In this document: positions 35,414-46,507 of the stretch, in pieces
Numbering within the stretch: position 1 is the stretch's first letter
Layout of the letters: each line of letters begins with the position of its first letter
From: Haliotis rubra
Lineage: Eukaryota
Assembly (NCBI RefSeq): GCF_003918875.1
Contig: NW_025766880.1
Location: 930,001 to 994,000 of the forward strand
DNA length: 64,000 nt
Direction: 5' to 3'
Notes under the pieces: model-generated
Databases searched by the model: none
What the model was told of the DNA's origin: nothing
What the model saw: the letters and a program-made list of their open reading frames with translations, nothing else
Made by a program: the position numbers and the translations under genes

Positions 35414-38400
35414 ATGTCTCCTCCGGTAGATGGAACGTCTCTTTCGAAGAAGTGGACTGCTGTGAAGGTGGTCGTCGATGACTATATGTCCACGGCGACT
35501 GTGCATGGATTCAGCAGGGTCATCGGGAAACAGTTGTACTTTGGGCGAAGGTGAGTTTTCATGAGCCACTGATTGTGGTAACGCATTTTTAAATTTCAAT
35601 ATTCCCATGTGACTAAATTTAGTGGTAATTCCATCCTATTTTCGAACGCAAACTATCCTCAGTATTTTCGATTGTCTTCAGAAAAAGTTGAGGTATGTCC
35701 TACTTTTGTTAGCTTTGCTTCAATAATCGTACAATTTGCGCAGTTACTAGTACGTACGTACACTTCATTCAAGGTTTGTAGCCCTCACAGCGTAATTTGC
35801 ACAATCACTGTCTGTTGCACGACGAAGGTCGAGCATAGTTACGTGTATGTTACAAATATGTTATTTATCATTATAGGATATCTATATTATTATAGGACAT
35901 TTATATAACACACATGTCCACGCAACTAGTACATGCTCAAGGCGCTGGTATTTTGTCCCTCGATCATTGGATGTCAATTTCAACGGCACATCACATTATC
36001 AATCTCAACTCCCGGGGGTTCATGCAACTCTTGCAGTCACTAGGCCCACCGAGCTATTGCAACTTTACCCATTCACAGCTGGGTGGACTGGGATACATAG
36101 TCACAGTACTTTGTCCAAGTACCCTCAACTGTCCCTAGTATGGTGGTCAGTTGTTGGCCATTAATAGCCTGTTTTTATATTATTTATTGTCCAAATAGTG
36201 CTATTAGTTTTAACTTCACATGCTAGTTTTAATTTGAACTGTGATGGTCTAGTTGTTTTACTGTGCTTGAACGACAGGTTTTATTAAACATACAAATTCA
36301 TTATTTGAACATATTCATGTTGCCACCATCTGGTGATTTACCAACGGAGAAACAAATAAAGGAACACAGGAATATTCAAGTGTTCCTTTAATATTTTCTA
36401 GTTTTCATCACCAGCTTTGAACAGCGCTGTGGTGATGGAAAAATGGAAAATAATAAAGGAACGCTTGAATTTTCCTGTGTTCCTTCATTTGTGTCTCTAC
36501 GTATATTTAACCATAATAAATGCTATGTTAAGTGGTCTATGTACCATCCACTCTTTGAGAAGCCTTAGCTTTACTTGATATGCATGTGTGTATTGTCACC
36601 AGCAGCATTTTGTCACTGTTCGTGTGAATCTTGGTATTGCATGTTCATACTGTACGTAGATCTACTCTTTGTATGCATGTGTGTGGCAGTGGTAACTTAT
36701 CCACAAAAAAACCCACCTGAATCCTTTCTTGTGTCTTTTCCTCAAAAGAGGGCAAGTATCTCCCTGGCCCCTTGTCCCCACCTGTAACAGGGATTCAGCA
36801 ATAAAATATTAAATACAAAAACCAAGTACAGATTCAAGTATTTTGGGTGCGATTAGGTGTCTGACTGTGGGTTCAAATCTCGCATGTGACTCAACCCAAA
36901 CAGTACTACAATATTTACCCTACTGATGCACTGGTATTGGTGTTGACATTTATATTTCATGAACCCAAACTGTTTTTGAAGGATATGTGGCGCGATGATA
37001 TAGTTACTCGTGTAAAGTAATATGTCCTTTCCCTGTGACCTAGTCGTCTATTGCGATGTAAGCCGTCGTGTCTCTTAGGCCGGTCAGAAAACTATGAATG
37101 TGGCTTTGAACCCCACATTCGTTTTCAATGTTTCGAGTCGTGCCCATGATGTTGATCACTGGATTGTCTCGCCCGCACTCGATCATTTACACACCGCCGT
37201 CATTTAGCTGGAATATTGCTGGGTGCGGTGTAAAACTAGACTCACTCATTCACTTACTGGAGTCGTGTCAGCTTGATCAAACATGTGGTTGACGCCTAAG
37301 TCTGGATTTTATCCGCTTTCTCAAGCTAACACTCTCATTCATTCCTTTATTACAGTGTCAAGACCATTTCTGGTGTCCCCCGCCGTGATATTGCTGGAAT
37401 ATTGCTAAAAGCGGCGTAAAACCAAACTCTCACTCATTCACTCTTTCATTACATTATTCAGGTTCTTTTGGCTCCTGGTCGTCCTTGGCGCCGGTGTGGC
37501 TCTGGCTATCCAGGTGTACGCGGAGTTTGAAGTCTACAATGCCCGACCTACGTTAATCAAAGAACAGTTCAGGGACATTGTGGACATGGTCAAAGAGCTG
37601 CCGACCATTAGCCTCTGCCCCTTGAAAGGTTTTGAAGGAATAGTGAACCACTCCTCCCCTTCGCCTCTCACTCGAGAAGAGATGGTTATGCAGAGATTCG
37701 CCTACCCATCATCACATATATCAGAGAGTCTTTTGTCCAGTGTCCACATTAAAGTGTACGGATGGGACGATACTGGACATCCCGACACGCCAGGACGTCA
37801 GACGTTTCTCAGTCCATTTAGATTACAGGAGCTGTCTGCGAGTCGCTTCTTGAACAGGTCATGGGAGATAAGTGATGGTCTACCAGCTTTTTTTAATGAC
37901 TCAGATTCTGGAGAGGTGTTGAAGATCCTTGCTAGATCAAGCCGTGTTCTGGATGTGAAGGGCTGCCCAAGAAAGATACAGTCATTGTATGATCTCCCAT
38001 GTTGCAGCAACTTCTTCTCAGAAGTCTTTACAGAGACGGGAGTGTGCCAGACCCTCAATATGACAGCACTTATCAAGGAAGGCAAACGGAAGGGTTTCTT
38101 CGCTGAGAACAGGTTCCTAGTTGTCGTTGATGCCATGATGCAGACAGACTTAACGATGTTCACAAACGTGAAAGGAATTCAGGTACGAAGTTTATGAACT
38201 ATTCACGGCAACGGACGTCAGGTACAGCTGTAATCAGTCTTTAGTTCAGGATATGAATAGTTCCGGATAAACACAAAGCGAGATCCAATCTCAACATTGT
38301 ATGTTTTTTCATTACATTGATGGCAATAGGCATTCATTGAATGACAAACCGTGCAAGTTACGACTAGTAAAAGCTCAATTCTACCATGGCTACGTGAAAT

Positions 38401-41400
38401 ACTCGAATTTGATTGGACAATCAATAAAATTAGATACTATCAATCCTGGATTAAAGATGCGTGTGATTTCATGACCGCTTCACTGCACACGTATACAACA
38501 TTGCCGCACTACAACAGCTTGACCACCAATATGGCTAATATCAACACAACAGACGCAAGTCAAAACATTGATTACACAACAAGGCCTAGATTTTCGAAGC
38601 TCTCTTAGCGCTAAGATAGTCGTAAGTTAATGTTAATGAATGGCACTTACGACAATCTTAGCGCTAAGAGAGCTTCGAAAATCTAGGCCCAGTATCGTTT
38701 CCTGTTGACTGGGTTCCGTCCTATTACGCAACTTATTGAGACCAATTCATTCAACTGGAAACATACATATTAAATTATTAATCAGTATTATTTGATATAT
38801 CTAAGCACTTTTATATTGCAACACTACGCACCTTCTAATCATTGCAAACACGTAGTGCAGCGTCCTCTGTCGTACAGCGTTCTCTGACAAACGGAAATCT
38901 GGAAATCGTGAAAATCTCAAAACGAGGCTTTGCCGCTAGAAAAGTTTGGCGGTCTGATACCGACTTGGTATTATATCAGTCACATTGTGCGTTACAAACC
39001 TACACTGAATAAGCACAAAGAACACATAACAGTGAGTGTAACCAGTGAGCCAGATGCATTGCGAATCATTTTACGACCTCATAAAACGTGGGCAGTCTGT
39101 GACGTCTTAGTTAAGGTCATGCTGCCTACACCTCTCTCTTTTCACTTTCACATGAGAAAATTTGGATCGGCTGAAAAGTAGGTCATTGTCTGAATAGGTT
39201 TGCGGATGGAAATGCTTATAAAACATTTATTAAACTCGAAAAATACAATTATATATATAATGATTTTTCCTCCACAATTATTAAGGAACCTCATTATCAC
39301 ATTACCTTTTATTATAAAAATATTCAAACTCAATTACAACGCACAGTCCCAAACATAAACAAACAATATCTATATTTTAAATCAGAAAGCCTTGTAAAAA
39401 TACATCCCTATCTATACAAAATTTGCAGCAAAGCGTTGACTACCTGGTAAATGGTATATTTGTTTCCGTTTAGAATGGAAAATTCGGAAGATAACGGTCA
39501 GGCGTAACGCCAAATTTATGCCGCTCAGACTCCATCATGTCCCGTTGCATCGTTAAAAAAAAACATGTCAGAAATTGAGCTACCAGAATTCTGGTGTAGA
39601 ATGGAAAATTCGCAAGATAACGGTCAGGCGAAACGCCAAATTTATGCAACTCGGACTCCATCATGTCCCGTTGCATCGTTCAAAAAATACATGTCAGAAA
39701 TTGAGCCACCAGAATTCTGCTCTCTGTCAGCTGCCCCGCACTGCTGGGGATCTATGTTCGTACACTTTGAAAATAGCTTGACCACAATGCAGTCCCAAAT
39801 GATGAATACAATTTCCAAGGAATCCCAAGTTAGTCGCATGCACATAAATCATTGCGATAGGAGTGCCGGGGGCACGTGCGTGAAATCATGATCGTAACTC
39901 GCCGGTCGTAAAAATCAACAGTCTTTGATGAGTTACAACACTGATTCGTAGGTCGATCAAAAAGGATTGGATCTATTCTTCGATTCTGCAGGGTTCAAAT
40001 GAAATTTAGAGACTATCAATTCGGTCTAACATTCATCTAATTTCCAAACACAGTACGTTTATCTCCTAAGTGTGCGTGCTCCAATTTCTGAAACAAAGCT
40101 TTCATTACATTGTTTTCCACTGCTTAAGGTTCTTGTATCATTATTTTGAGTCTTGCTTTCTCTTATTTGTCAGGTCGTCGTCCATGCTAGCGATGATCCA
40201 GTCATGCCGACCAAGAGTGGGGTCTTCGTTCCTTCCGCCACACACTCCAAACTGACCATCGATACCACAAAGGTTAGGACCCTCTTACAAGAACTGTTGT
40301 TTGTATGGTTGTTTCTTCGTTCGTTCGTTCACGCTGCGATCAGCAATAAATCAGCTAGATGACGGGGGCCTATAAAGAACCATGTCTGGGCACATGAATC
40401 AAGTGAGTGATATCATGAGCATCAAGGCATGCCTCACATGACTCACAGAGTCCCCGAGCCTGAACCCACAATATGATACGCCGTCCCTTAGGACCGGCAA
40501 CGGTTGCTAGGGACTTAGCAAGAATCCTCAAGATATTCTTAATGCTAATGTATCCAGTGTTAAAGACTGGGATATTTACGATAACCGTAAAGAACGTATA
40601 GAATATTCCATGAGGTAAGAGTGGAAACGAAAAAGAAGACGATATAACACTGCATATTGTAGCCTCTATTATTACTCAGCTTTGATGAAGCATGAATGTG
40701 TTTGAGTGCTTGAACGTTCTGTCAACCGGCAGTTAGAAATAGTCGACCATTCTGGTAGGAGAGCTGTCGGAAAGATCCGACTGTTCCACGTCGCCGGATT
40801 GTAAGTAATCTGGACTTGATGGATGGGAAAAGATATCAAAAGAAACGTCATCTTGGGAACGATGACGCCATGAAGCCCCGTTCTACGTTAATCGATCAGT
40901 GCATTATTATGCTTGAATATACGAATCTTATGTTTTCTGTGACAAGAGTGATGACTTACATCATCAAAATTACTTTTGATGAGGAGGTTGAAGATATTAC
41001 GTTTGTGTGCATCGGACTGTGGAAGAGTAGTTGCACAAAAATAAATATGATCTCTTTGTTTTACAGAGAATAAATTTACCACCACCGTTTACAACAGCCG
41101 ATGGATTCTGTATTGACACTGATGCCGAACCTTTTTCCCGAGTTTTGACGAGGTTTCCCGAACACAAATACAGTTTGTACGCCTGTGAAAGGGAGTGTCT
41201 CATTAACTACACCGTCAGCGTGTGTGGGTGCAGGCATCCTTGGGATCCAGGTGACAGCTTCATTAATTACCTTGGAAAAACAATACGAGATATTACCAAT
41301 CTGCTTCAACATTATCGGGTTTAAAAAAACACAATGCAAAATACATGATGTCAAAACAATTTTACCTGTAGAGGCAGGCTTGACGTTACGTTGATACTAT

Positions 41401-43336
41401 TGTGGGACGATACTTACAGCGCTGTTTACACGACATGTCATTCCAATGACGGCTTATTGACGAGATTCATGAAGATCCGGATTAGAATTGATCTTCAGTA
41501 ACCCATGCGTGTCGTAAGAGGCGACTAACGGGATCGGGTGGTCAGGCTCGCTGACTTGGCACATGTCATCGTATCCTAAATGTGTAGATCGATGCTCATG
41601 TTGTTGATTACTGGATTGCATGGTCCAGACTCGATTATTTACAGACCGCCGCCATGTCGCTGGAATATTGCTGAGTGCGGCTTGCGCTTCTTACGACAAG
41701 TATGGGTTACTGAAGATCAATCCGAATCCGGATCTTCACGGGTTTCCTTATTTTGAGATTATAATACGTTCGTGTTTGAATCCTATAATCCTCATATACA
41801 TCCCTGACATTTCGCGTAGAGTCATACAGGCAGAAATCTGTATGATGCACGCCCATATGTAATTATCTCTGCCCAATACGTTTGTTTGGCCGAAAAATGA
41901 ACCCGTTAGGTATAGTAATGTTAAGTATATCACCAGTAATTTATGTAGGTTGTCGATCAATTCCAACTAGTTAGCTCCTTTTGGATAGATGTGAAATGAT
42001 ACTCTTTAAATTATACTATTGCTATTCCAGGAGCGGAAGACATATGCAGTATTACCAGGACGGTGGAATGCATCTGGGAAGCTGTTGACCGTAAGATTAA
42101 AGACAGTCGCGAGAAAATGAAATAAAAACATCTTGTACCTTCTGTGCTTTTTTCTATCTGGATAGTTATTTAATCTCGATTATATTTGTTATAACGCATT
42201 TGTAGATTTCCCCTTGGAACCCATAGAATTGGTGAAAACGCAACTTTGCGGTCATGTGACTGTCCGTCCCCCTGCATATCCTCCATCCACGAACTGAAGC
42301 TCCACTCCGCATTGTTGGGTCAGTTTGGAGATAACTTGCGGGAAGGTGCACGTGGAGTTGATGGGGAAACCTGTGATTCTTTGAGAGAAGCATTGTCTAA
42401 AGGGTAAATATTTACTAATCATGTTCTAGTGTCTCCCCTCCTAATTTAAAAGAAATTAGAATCTTTGTATGCATGCACACGTACAGAAGAGCGTCATTTG
42501 AATAACAATACCATAACCATTTCAGATTCCGCGGTATCCAACTCATTGACGTAGGGTTCCCCATGAAAATACGAGAAGTGAGGCAGACACAGATGAAGAC
42601 CATCGGTGATACACTGGGTAGGTGCATGATGGGAAGATGTAGTCACTCGGGTGGTGAGTGTGAGCGTAGATACACAACATGAGAAGTTCTTCACCGGCTG
42701 GTGAATGTGTCGGTTGCTATACGGCTGTTAAGACAGCAATATTATTCATAGCAATAAAACTTCCTACCAGCGTTATATTCAGAAGACAATAAGACAAGCA
42801 AGGGGCGGTGGGGTTGCCTGATGGTTAAAGCGTTCACTCGTCACGCTGAAGACCCGGGTTCGATTCCCCACATCAGCATGTGTGAAGCCCATTTCTGGTG
42901 TCCCCAGCCGTGATATTGCTGGAATATTGCTAAAGCGACGTAAATCACACTGACTCACTCCCTTGCTGGGAAACATTTTATCTCTAGATTTGTTATTTTA
43001 ATGAACACTTCATTATAACCACACACAGTAATGTGTATAAACACTCCGATACATTTGTCTTAATTACAATTTTATATATATCATGTATAAAGTATGGCCT
43101 TCAAGAGTTCGCTATGTTTCGAATATTTTACACAAGGTACATGCCCGCCTTCCCGCACTGATGTGCGTGTTACCAAACCGTTTCTTCCCACAGCTGCCCT
43201 TGGGGGTCTCATCGGCCTGTTCCTTGGATTCAGTATCGTGTCTGTGGCGGAGATTGCCGAACTACTGTTTCTAATGCTCCGAGGCATCACTTGTCGGATA
43301 AGGAAGCAGGAGACCCAGGTTCAAAGTGTGAAGTAA
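35414..43336 (+). CDS. DEG/ENaC (ASIC/FaNaC superfamily) channel subunit, paralogue 1; apparent 1-nt frameshift at the start of exon 6
   Basis: Exons 35414-35550 (STATVHG gating motif), 37462-38182 (TM1, LPTISLCP, FTETGVCQTLN), 40174-40272, 41067-41250 (Cys-rich thumb), 42031-42090, 42227-42403, 42526-42617 and 43194-43336 (GGLIGLFLGFS TM2). Confidence 0.9.
36348..36497. mobile_element. Decayed hairpin MITE
   Basis: Imperfect inverted arms of about 60 bp (AAGGAACACAGGAATATTCAAGTGTTCCTTTA and TAAAGGAACGCTTGAATTTTCCTGTGTTCCTT). Confidence 0.6.
38583..38689. mobile_element. Hairpin MITE (GGCCTAGATTTTCGAAG termini)
   Basis: Near-perfect inverted arms of about 45 bp; a second partial copy lies at 18410-18494. 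Confidence 0.85.
39430..39940 (+). mobile_element. Crypton-type tyrosine recombinase relic with an internal 126-bp tandem duplication
   Basis: CPVASFKKYMS, MMNTISKESQVSRMHINHCDRS and EIMIVT/GRKNQQSLMSY parallel the CPV..F..Y, YTNH..R and GH....SL..Y motifs; repeat units start at 39471 and 39597. Confidence 0.7.
42802..42960 (+). mobile_element. SINE family A, full length
   Basis: Same head, body and tail as 22815-22978. Confidence 0.85.
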
Positions 43337-43639
43337 ATTGATGGTTACATGTCGATTGCTACACGCTGTCCGGCCATAATATACAATTGAGACATGTCAT
43401 CGCAATCAGTGGATCTAAGCGCGTTGGGTTCCTTGTGAACGGGCTGGTTACTTCAATATACATGTATCTGTTTTTGACCCCCCATACTAAGGTATTCTAT
43501 TGCTGACATAAAATTAATTGTTGTCCAAGCATAATGATTGATTACAGACCTTTCGCGTTCATGGAATGCGATGTTCACAGCAGGGGTAAGAAGAAAAAAC
43601 TTCTTCGTGGGTCTCAACGCGGTGATTGTCAAGTTCAGA

Positions 43640-43800
43640 GATGCAAACTGTCTCATGTATCGATGTACGGATTTTACGCAGCTTTGGAATCCAGTACGAG
43701 AGAAATGAATATGTCTTCGGGGTTTAGAGTCAAATTTAAAGCTGATTCTACTAATGAATGGTTTGGGCAGATTTCTTCCTCAGTTGACCTACTGGCCTTA
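43640..43800 (-). mobile_element. Penelope-like RT fragment
   Basis: Homologous to 52900-53040 (YWIPKL motif on the minus strand). Confidence 0.65.
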
Positions 43801-43842
43801 TACAGGTCCTTTTTAGTGGCATTGTTAGAAGTTGGAGAGTCA

Positions 43843-44012
43843 GATAAGGACAAACTTTATGGACGAACAACTTCTTTATTCAGATGATGCAACGTTTCAA
43901 TACAGATTCTTGTATCGTTGTGAAGCAGGTACCTGCTTGACAACGAAACAAGATTCTATACCTGCTTCACAACGATACAAGAAGTGTTTCACCCATAAAG
44001 TTTGTTCTTATC
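43843..44012. mobile_element. Palindromic Penelope-pLTR-like mini-element with hammerhead remnants
   Basis: TIR GATAAG(G/A)ACAAACTTTATGG; centre AAGCAGGTACCTGCTT; minus strand TGC-TTCACAA-C-GATAC-AAGAATCT-GTATT-GAAACGTT-GCA; plus strand TGC-TTGACAA-C. Confidence 0.7.
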
Positions 44013-46507
44013 GTATGCATGACATTATTTTATGTCACTTCTACCAAATTGTATGATTAAACAATTGATGTCGTGATGCCTGGTTGTGTTATTTGAGGCC
44101 TTGTCAGTGGGAACGACTTTAAGGTTTTCATGCAGGGCATCCAGAAATAAAATTCGTTCCTCTTAATGATTTTAATGTTTTAATTCCAATTTTTAGGAGG
44201 CTGCTCATGGTATGGGCTATATTTTATTTATGAAGAAAGGTTGTCATTGCCAGTCATAGAGAGACATATCCTGACATTACATGACCAAACCATGTTGTTA
44301 GCAGATAAGGAGTATTGAAACTACAGACTGTCGTCATACAGCTGGAATATTGCCGAGAGCTTCGTTAAACAAGAAACAAACAAACAAACAATCAAATCAT
44401 TCTGATATGACAGCTGTCGAAAAGATCCGACTGTTCCACTTTGCCGGATTGTAAGTAATCTGGACAAACAATGAACAAGCTACAATGAATGACAATACAG
44501 ATTTCTAGTACAATGCAGTTGAGTCACAAATCTAAAATATTGGTCACAAATATAAAATATTAACTCACCAGGGTCTTGACATTTACAGTGAGAGCAGACA
44601 TACTGATTGAAGGTTGTTTACAATGACAGCAGGCAAGCACGGTCAGTCTAGAAATGTTGAGAAACACGACGATGGCAGACTGATGTGTATAACTCCAGTA
44701 ATGTGAAAAGTCCGTGTGCAACGCAACAACCAGCCTTTATATAGCTTTTTTTACAGTTCTCGAGCATTCTAGCAAAACTAGGCTGCATCATTATTCTCTC
44801 AGAACGATGCGGAATCATGTGGAACACACGACCGGAAGTCAAAACAAATACAAAAGATTGCCCCAAGGGAGGCAACTCTGAAGCGCTATCAAAAAGGGCG
44901 TACCGCTACAAATACTATTGCCGTTGAACATATATGATGCGAGATGCGAGCCAAAACCCACACTCAAAGCTTTAAACACTGTGACCCATAATAACTATCA
45001 CCTAACCAATGACAAACCACAAAAACCACTCTCTCACAACAGATGTTAACAGAGATCATGAGAAACGTCATTTATGGATCGATGACGCGATGAAGCAAAT
45101 CGACCCGTTCCATGAAGCCGCCAGGTAAATACAGCATTAAACAACAAACAAACAAATTATTCTTGGATGTAGTTTATGTATAATATATCAGCACATGTAT
45201 ATCAGTGCAACCAAATCAGTTTGAAACCCAACCACTCCACTCGTCACACACGTCAACTCCCAGAAGGAGAAAAGCATCCTTTGTGATTCACCCGGTGGGG
45301 ATTCCTGGATAGAATAACTCCCCAGCAACCTGTGCGTATTGTAAGAGGCGAGCTAATGAATCTATTCAGGATTTACTGACCGCCTTTGATCATGTCCTGA
45401 CAGACGGGATCGATGTTAGTAATGGGCATATACTATTGTAACAGTATGAGTTATAGTAGTAATGAAAGAATTGGGAACACATTACAACTGGTAGTGAAGT
45501 ATGGCAGTAGTTGTTCTGACAGCCACTGATCTTGTCAAACCATAGGGGTAGCGAGTGAGTTTATTTTTGTGCCGCTTTTAGCAATATTCCGGCAATATTA
45601 CGGCGGTGGGCACATTCGCCACATGTCGCATGTCCAAACTATAGCATGTGTTTTGATGTTTAAGGCTTCGTGGCATAAACGTTCAAGATTGTGAAAGGTG
45701 TATGTTGTCAACGCTCTTCTTTGTTCTTATTCTAGTATTAACATTTATTTTTCATGATCGCCTACCTTTTAAGAGTGTATATCAACCAATGAAGTGTCTG
45801 GTCCAGACTCATTTATCGATCGTCGTCAATGGCTGGAACATTACGCAATGAGGTGCTTACCATCACAATAAACAAACCTGTAATAATTCATAAGCATTAC
45901 GGTTACATTTTTAGTTACGAAGGCAGTTTGAGAATGATGTGACTCACTCTTCCCTCCATAAAGATTTAATGCAACTGGTAGAGGTTTCAACGATGTTGTG
46001 TTGACATCAAACACGTTGCCAGAATAATATTGTTCACAAACACTGTGACTTGTACAGTTGACGCTGTCTGGTTTTGTGTGCTTGAGGGATGTGATCAATT
46101 ATTTCAACAATTAGCATTACTTTTCATTTTCCGGGCCAGGAGGGAACATCCCAAATTCCCAAATCAACACAGACCAGTATTTGCATTTAATTTCGACGGT
46201 TTGTGAAGCCACTATGACTGCACTTAAACCTAATGCAAATCATTTACATACAGCCATTGATGGAACACCAAGCCTAATGGTCCAGTGTTAATCATTGTTC
46301 AAAGTATTGATTACAGGAAAACATATGTAGGTTTTCGTTAGCTTAGAGACAATGGTAGGTAGGGTGTTCAGTTTGATTTTGCACATGTGGCTATCTCGTT
46401 GTCTCCATTAAGGATATCCGTGTGGTATACAGGTCGTTTTATTCCATAGTGGCTGAACAAACTACCACAGAACTGTATTTGGAATGTGAAAAAGGACTAG
46501 ATTCCAA

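Noticed and set aside
31653-35414. Functional GST-channel operon-like system
   Set aside because: Adjacency of two independent tandem clusters is the only evidence; no shared regulatory signal or fusion splice path was seen.
37798-38163. Antisense ORFs over channel exons (also 48506-49009)
   Set aside because: Shadow frames of the + strand coding exons.
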